Source: Eledone cirrhosa
Lineage: Eukaryota
DNA length: 64,000 bases
NCBI GenBank assembly: GCA_964016885.1
Contig: OZ024742.1
Coordinates: 72,044,001 to 72,108,000 of the forward strand
Direction of reading: 5' to 3'
Shown here: positions 57,000-64,000 of the stretch, in pieces
Numbering within the stretch: position 1 is the stretch's first letter
How the letters are laid out: the number at the start of each line of letters is the position of its first letter
Notes under the pieces: generated by a model
Database searches by the model: none
The model's input: only the letters and a program-made list of their open reading frames with translations
Told to the model about the DNA's origin: nothing
Program-made: the position numbers and the translations under genes

Positions 57000-59343
57000 T
57001 CCGCTTTCGCCTCTTTCACTCCCTCACGTCACTGCACTGTAGTTACCATACCCCAGGACCTACCACTCTCCGAAGCTGAGCGCTCGCTCCTCGCCCGTGG
57101 TTTGTGTTTTATACCAACCACATCTACCTGCGACGAGTTCCGCACGGGGTCTTCCGTCGATTAAAGATTTTTTTCACGACACACCATCATCAACACAGAC
57201 GGATGACTTCACTCGTCTCAGTCGCCGGCAATCACATTGGATGCCGAGCTCTGGCCATTTCAGCACCTGTGAATCAGTTCCGTTTTCACCAGCATTCTCG
57301 TCGCTCTAACATCACGCGAACTGAGCTCTCCGCTCTTCTCAACCTTCGGTGTCGCGATGACATTGTCATCAAACCCGCTGACAAAGGTGGCGCTGTGGTG
57401 GTTTGGAGCGCTGACCTCTGTAGGACTGAGGCTCTCCGCCAGCTTCACAATACCCTTTTTTACCGCCCTTTATCCTCCGACCCCACTCCTGGCTACCAAC
57501 AACTCGTGTCCTCCACCATCCACGAGCTCATCTCCTCCTCTCACCCCCCCCCCCCCTCCACCAACCTTATTGTACGCACCCCTCGCACACCCACCATCTA
57601 CTTTCTCCCCAAAATACACAAACAAAACAATCCTGACCGTCCTATCGTTTCTGCGTGCAACTGCCCCATCGAGATAATTTCTGAATATTTAGACACCATC
57701 CTCGCCCTGTTGGTCGGCAATCTCCCCTCCTACATCCACGACACAAATCATACCCTTAGACTTTTCAACTCTTTCTCCTTCCCTCCTGGTCCCTGTCGCC
57801 TTCTCTTTACCCTGGACATCACTTCTCTCTATACCGTCATCCCTCATGATGACGGCCTCTATGCTCTCCAGCATTTTTTTAGATTTACGCCCTACCCCTT
57901 ACCCCAGCACTACCACTCTTCCCCGTTTGGCTGAACTTGTTCTCACCCTCAATGGATTTTCTTTTTCTGCTGAATTTTACCAGCAGGTCTCTGGGGTAGC
58001 GATGGGGACCAGAATGGGTCCAAACTATGCCAACTTGTTTGTTGGCTACGTCGAAGCCCAGATCTTCTCCCAGTACGCTGGACCGACTCCTGAGCTATAC
58101 GGTCGTTATATCGACGACTGTATCGGCGCCATCTCTCTATCACGAGAACAGCTCGACTGTTTTCTTTCTTTTGTCCAATCTTTCCATCCTGCTCTCAATT
58201 TCACCTCCTCCGTCTCCGATTCTTCTGTCGCTTTTCTAGATATCTCTCTATCTATTAATCTCTCTCACCACACCCTCTCTACTTCTATCTACATTAAACC
58301 AACAGACTCCCAATCTTATGTCGACTTCACCTCCTCCCATCCAACCCACACCAAACACTCCATAGCCTATTCCAAATTCCTTCGTCTTCGTCGACTCTGT
58401 AGCCAGGACGACGATTTCGAAACCCATTCCCTTCGCATGGCTTCCTGCTTCATCCAGCGTGGATATCCTCCCCCCCCCCCCCCCCACCTTGATCCAAGCG
58501 GCTCTCACCCGCTCCTGTGAAACAGACCGCACCACAGCCCTCTCACCTCACCCCGCCCTCCCAACACCCATGTTCCTTTCCTTCTCACCTACCACCCCAT
58601 GACCCTTCCACTCCGGCGACATATCCTCCGTTCCTTCCGTATCCTCACTTCTGACCCCGTCACTTCTCGCTTTTTTCCAAACCCACCCATTACTGCTTTT
58701 AAGCGCGCCCGAAACCTCCACGACCTCCTGGGTCGCAGTTTCTTTTCGTCCTCTCCCACGACTCCACCCGGCTCTCATCCTTGTTCCCGTTCGCTGCAAC
58801 ACTTGTACCTTTATTTCCACTCTCACCACTCTTACAGGCCCTAACGGGTCTTTCCGTATCCGCCATTCCTTCACCTGCACATCCACCCACGTTGTCTATG
58901 CCCTCCGGTGTTCCGTTTGCGGGTCTTTATATATCGGACAAACGGGACGCCGTATGGCGGACCATTTTGACGAACATTTGAGGGACATACGACTCGGTTT
59001 GGATACTCCTGTCGCCCGTCATTTCTGTTCTCCTGGTCATTCTTCCCTACATGTTTCAGTCCTGGGATCACAGGCCTCGCGCACCAGGACTGAACAAAGT
59101 TTGATTCCCCGTCTTGGGTCCTATTCTCCTCTTGGACTCAACTCACCTCCCCAATTTCTCTAATACCCCGTCCATTATCACACCCCTTGATTCCTATCGC
59201 TTTCTCTTTATCATTAGCAGCTTCTCTTACTACTAATACATGCCGATACACACCCTTATATTAACATAATTTTGCTCATAGCTTCGTACTTACATGCACA
59301 CACACTCTTTTACTCACATATACACACACATTTCTTCTTAGCT

Positions 59344-59421
<78 letters not shown>

Positions 59422-59724
59422 ACTAACTCATGCTTACGCACGTGCTCAAGTATAGCTCTTTTTACAAAACGGTTTTTTTTTTCCATTTCCACTTTTCTAA
59501 AAAAACAATCACACACAAAACGCCAGCATCAACAGTTTTGCAAGAGATTTTTTCCAATTCCAACCCGCCCGTCTCCTCAATCTATTTTATTTCTCATTCT
59601 TTCTTCTGGTGAAGGACTAGCGTCCGAAACGTTAAGACCCTCTTCCTGCTATATCAAGCGTTAACCTAATATATACCTTCCATATACTGTACCGATTGTG
59701 TTGTTATTGCTGTTTAGCTTTTAC
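57000..59724 (+). mobile_element. Penelope-like element (RT + GIY-YIG, frameshifted) with terminal pLTR
   Basis: IVIKPADKGGAVVVW, LPKIHK, LDITSLYT, GVAMGTRMGPNYANLF, RYIDD, YIGQTGRR. Hammerhead at 59602-59637 with core CTGGTGA. Confidence 0.93.
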
Positions 59725-59828
<104 letters not shown>

Positions 59829-59934
59829 TAATATACATTAAAGTAATAGTTACCAAATATGTTTTTAACTCTTTGACTGTAAATTGTTGAGTCACTTGGT
59901 GAGATTTTATAACGAGATATTTACTTATGAATAA

Positions 59935-59980
59935 TTGATTTTGATAAGTCGCAATAAGGGACGAAACGATCGTAAATCAA
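59935..59980 (+). ncRNA. Degenerate hammerhead ribozyme
   Basis: ttgatt-TTGATAA-gtc...gac-GAAA-cgatcGTA-aatcaa. Stems intact; two core transitions. Confidence 0.6.
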
Positions 59981-59989
59981 CATTTAATG

Positions 59990-60064
<75 letters not shown>

Positions 60065-60314
60065 CATATATATGCATACATACATACATATATATATATG
60101 TATGTATGTGTGTGTGTGTGTGTTGGTTTATTGCCCGAAGGTAGATACATAGGTAGGTAGGTATAGATACTTGATGTTCTCTAACCAACTTGCCAATACT
60201 GCGTAGGCACGAGGATATCAAGTTACCATTTCCAAAACAAATCTATCACAAAGTGGTTGTCACAACATTCATGCGTTTTATTATAATCACACACACACAC
60301 GCACACACATATTG

Positions 60315-61100
60315 CAGAATATGGACTTATATGCCTAAACACGAGATATCAGGAGTAAAGTTAGACTACTTTCTAATGAATAAGAAGTGGCCGAATAATG
60401 CCATAAGTTGCGAGGCTTTCAACACATTTGACAACGTTTCTTCTGACAACAGAATTGTCTCATTTAAGATCAGACTCAGTTTGCGAAAAAACAAAAATAA
60501 GCAACAAAACCAAAGCGTTATGACTAGTCATGAATTAGGAACTCGGGCACCTGCGATGAGTATTCACTCACTTTGAAAAACAGGTTTGAAGCCCTTCACA
60601 ATTTCTAAGGGAATACTACAGCTGATGACGAATATGAAAATGTTTTCAGTACACACAAGGAATCTGCTGCTAAGTACCTACAGAACAAGCCAAGATTCAA
60701 ACACAAAGCCGTGGGAATCAAAAGCGATCATTGAGAAACGGGAAGCCCTCAAACATGCAACGCAAATTAAGAGGAGCAGCCCAACACGGGAAGTTTACTA
60801 TGGTTCAGAAAGAATGTGCCACTATTTATCAAAATGAGCAATTAGAAAAGATGAAGTGTTTTGTTGAAAGCAAAACAATCCTCAATGGAATGGAAGATTG
60901 GAAACAAAATTAGTGGTAGAAAGGTCTCCTCAAAGTTCAAGCTAAAAGCTGCAAGAGACGAGGAAATGCTAAATTGTGGAGAGACCATTTCAGAAATCTT
61001 CATGGAAAGCCATCTGAGATCACTACTAATCCAATAGAAAAGATTATTCACCATTCAGCTTGGAGTATCCTCTAAAGACGAATTAGAGACAGTTATGAAG
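60315..61100 (+). mobile_element. Decayed APE-type LINE fragment
   Basis: WTY...LDYFLMNKKW...SDNRIV (APE C-terminus) followed by a broken linker. Confidence 0.6.
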
Positions 61101-61651
61101 TCAATATTTTTAGATCCAGTCCGCCACTGTATGTATATATGTCGGGTCGCTCTCGAGTATTATAGTTGTTGTCACAACACCTCTCTAGAAAAAGGAAAAT
61201 CTGAAAAAAATCTGCGGCTTCGGAAGCAACCGATGATTTTGACAAGTTCTCCTTTTCGGATAGTGTTTTCGATGCTCAGTGATGTGGGATTGGTCGAGTG
61301 CAAGGCCTTTCCCCACTTTAAAAACCTTCAAAGCACAGGCATTGCTTGTTCAGGATGTTACAAGCGATTACAATACTCTTAACAAAGTTTTCAGCCATCA
61401 TGCATGCATACATGTATGCATGTATGAATGTACGTATGTATGTATGCATTGAGAGAGAAAGAGTTTCGTGGTGGATTTTTCCCCGTTACCTCAAGGTGGT
61501 TTCAAGTTGAAAAAAAAAAACGATTTTTCAAACGGCTCTGATATTCTCACATATCTCCTGGTATCTTGTTACTGGTTTGGTTAGGTCAGAGTGACGTCGG
61601 CTTCTTATTTCACAGTTGTACGTTGCATGCTTGGTCAAGGGTGCATACATG

Positions 61652-61743
<92 letters not shown>

Positions 61744-62352
61744 TGTATAAGTAAAGAAATAAATCATTAAATGTAACATGTTTGTCGTTTCAGTAACAGC
61801 CTCACTGATTGATTACGCCACGTAAATACTATACATTGATAATTGCATAACTTAATTTCAGACTAGTAAACAATGAAATCAAAACCAATCTGTTCCGTTG
61901 TTATATACTCACATGACATTAAATAACATACCAACAAAAGAAATACATAGTACGAAACTAAATAGATATACAACATGGCGGATAAAAATTGAAATAAAAT
62001 AGAAACCAAATAAATACTCCACTCATTCAAGGAACCTTTAAAGAATACTTAGTATGAAACGTTATTTGTGACACGAATTACAATTGTCAACCATATAAAA
62101 CAATGTTCATAAAAAGATAGGTATCAGCGACCTACACCGTCGCTACCTTAATTCTACGAGCCTGTACAGTGTGGGAGAACGTTCTCTGACGTGCAGATCC
62201 ACCCTAGGTGCAAGCCACCTCGCGATCCCAGCTGATGATAGAATGGAGAAACTCTTGCCCCGGATGATAGCGAGGGAGCTATTGAGTAAAAGGGGCGGGT
62301 AGAAGATAGGAGAGACAAGAAAAGGGATAAAGTTTGTATATGAGGTCAGTGA

Positions 62353-62418
<66 letters not shown>

Positions 62419-62899
62419 AACACACGTGCGCGCGTCGGTAGACGTGAAGTAGAGCTACACGGTGTACCAGACGAAATAATACTGGAGGAATAAAAGCAAC
62501 GCGATACAGTAACAACGATAGGGAGATAGACATAGATGGACAGATGAACATGAAGCTGGTACTAGCAACTGCAACAAAACATACTATGGGGTGTTATGTT
62601 AAAATGAATTACTATGGAACTAGCAATGCACTGAGTTATTATCATATTTATGTGACATCTGAAATAACTACAGAATTAAGTAAACGCAGCAATAAAACCA
62701 AATATAAGTGTAATGAAAAAATTGATAGTGGAGGACAGAACGGAGTTAATTCACTCACCACCTACAACCCACAGAAATTGATTAACTTCAATAACAATTA
62801 CATCACAAATAACAAAACAAAAAGGGGAAATAGATTCATTAGCGACATATTAGATGATTTAGCTCTTCATTTATAACAAACATAACAGTAGATATCACC

Positions 62900-63740
62900 A
62901 GAACTGTCTTTACAGTTCTTAGCAGGAATCCTCCATCCCATGCACAAGTAATATAAAAATATTTAAACTTGCCTACTCTACAGCACCTAACCTAGCAAAT
63001 AATGTAGCAGCAATCAGTAATAAAATATATGTTATTCGCAATTCTTACATTTATGTCCAAGAATGGGGTGGTATTCTGGATTGAGTTTGCGTTGGTGTTG
63101 TGATTGATTGTAAATGTCAAGATGGAATTATTCTTGAGACCATCTTTCACACAATCGGCCTGTTCATCAGTTAGTCACAACAAAGATATCGTCAACATAA
63201 CGGGTGTAGATGGCGTGGTTGTGTTTCGGGACAACTGTTTTTTCCACTTTAGACATGTAGAACTATATAAATGTGAGCAACATACTGCAGATGAACAATG
63301 TGATATATAAATTTCAAAGCAGATATGAAAGTTGTGAACTTCATGATCAAAATGGTTACACCTGTCACACGAACATTAGACTTTGCCATCGTTTAACTAT
63401 GCACTTACATCAAGGAGCCATCGTAACACCTTTCCAGTACATACAAAAAAATGAGATAAAACTACATTAGGCAATAACACAAATTCTATATAGAATTCAA
63501 CACAAATCAAGGCAAACAACTATATAGAGAGACTCGATTAATATCAAAATATAAACCAAAAATGAATACACAGATATAGCCTACGCAAAACTAATTATAA
63601 TAGCTGACATACTTCAACCGTTCAGAAATTTAAAATCAAACATCCACTCTCATGATGCTATAACCAATATGCCACTAGTATGACCATTCTGATTTCGAGG
63701 TTGTTGAAGTCGTGAAGGCTTCGAAACGTTAATATACGCG
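62900..63740 (+). mobile_element. Highly decayed Penelope-like 3' fragment
   Basis: AYSTAPNLA and HTNIRLCHRLTMHLHQGAI remnants; GAAACGTT hammerhead remnant near 63723. Confidence 0.45.
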
Positions 63741-64000
63741 TGGATTTAGAAACGCCACTGTTCCAAACTAAGCATAAAGAACTAATAATGAACTATGAAA
63801 AATAAATCCTTAATAGAAATGATCAAACTGGAACACTGTCGTGTTACATCAGGTTACGAAAGTTTTGTCTGTTTTTTTTTTGGGGGGGGGGGGGGGGTTA
63901 ATAAATCACGAGTTAGGTTTAAAGGTGTCTAACCTCTCAATTATATTTCGAATATGCCGAAATCACTTTCATTTTCTTTCAGATCTTATCAAATTTATCT

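Overview
AT-rich, microsatellite-dense eukaryotic genomic DNA; the repeat content looks like a coleoid cephalopod such as octopus (inference). The window lies inside one minus-strand gene, a DEG/ENaC (ASIC-like) ion channel. I rebuilt seven GT-AG exons with consistent phases: 50252-50419, 48012-48176, 43005-43129, 29767-29948, 28662-28815, 9377-9433 and 3326-4847, totalling 2373 nt (about 791 aa). The first exon(s) and the beta11/TM2 exons were not found and appear to lie outside the window. The channel is unusual: one 1522-nt exon puts an extra ~450-aa helical, N-glycosylation-rich segment where ASIC has a ~20-aa knuckle. The introns hold Penelope-like elements, Tx1/L1, R4/Dong, RTE and CRE retrotransposons, a DD37D transposase, Helitrons and tRNA-derived SINEs. 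They also contain about 13 hammerhead-ribozyme motifs, intact or degenerate. Four of them form a protein-free, 541-bp-period tandem/inverted array (retrozyme-like) inside a Helitron block, which is itself inserted in an R4/Dong LINE.
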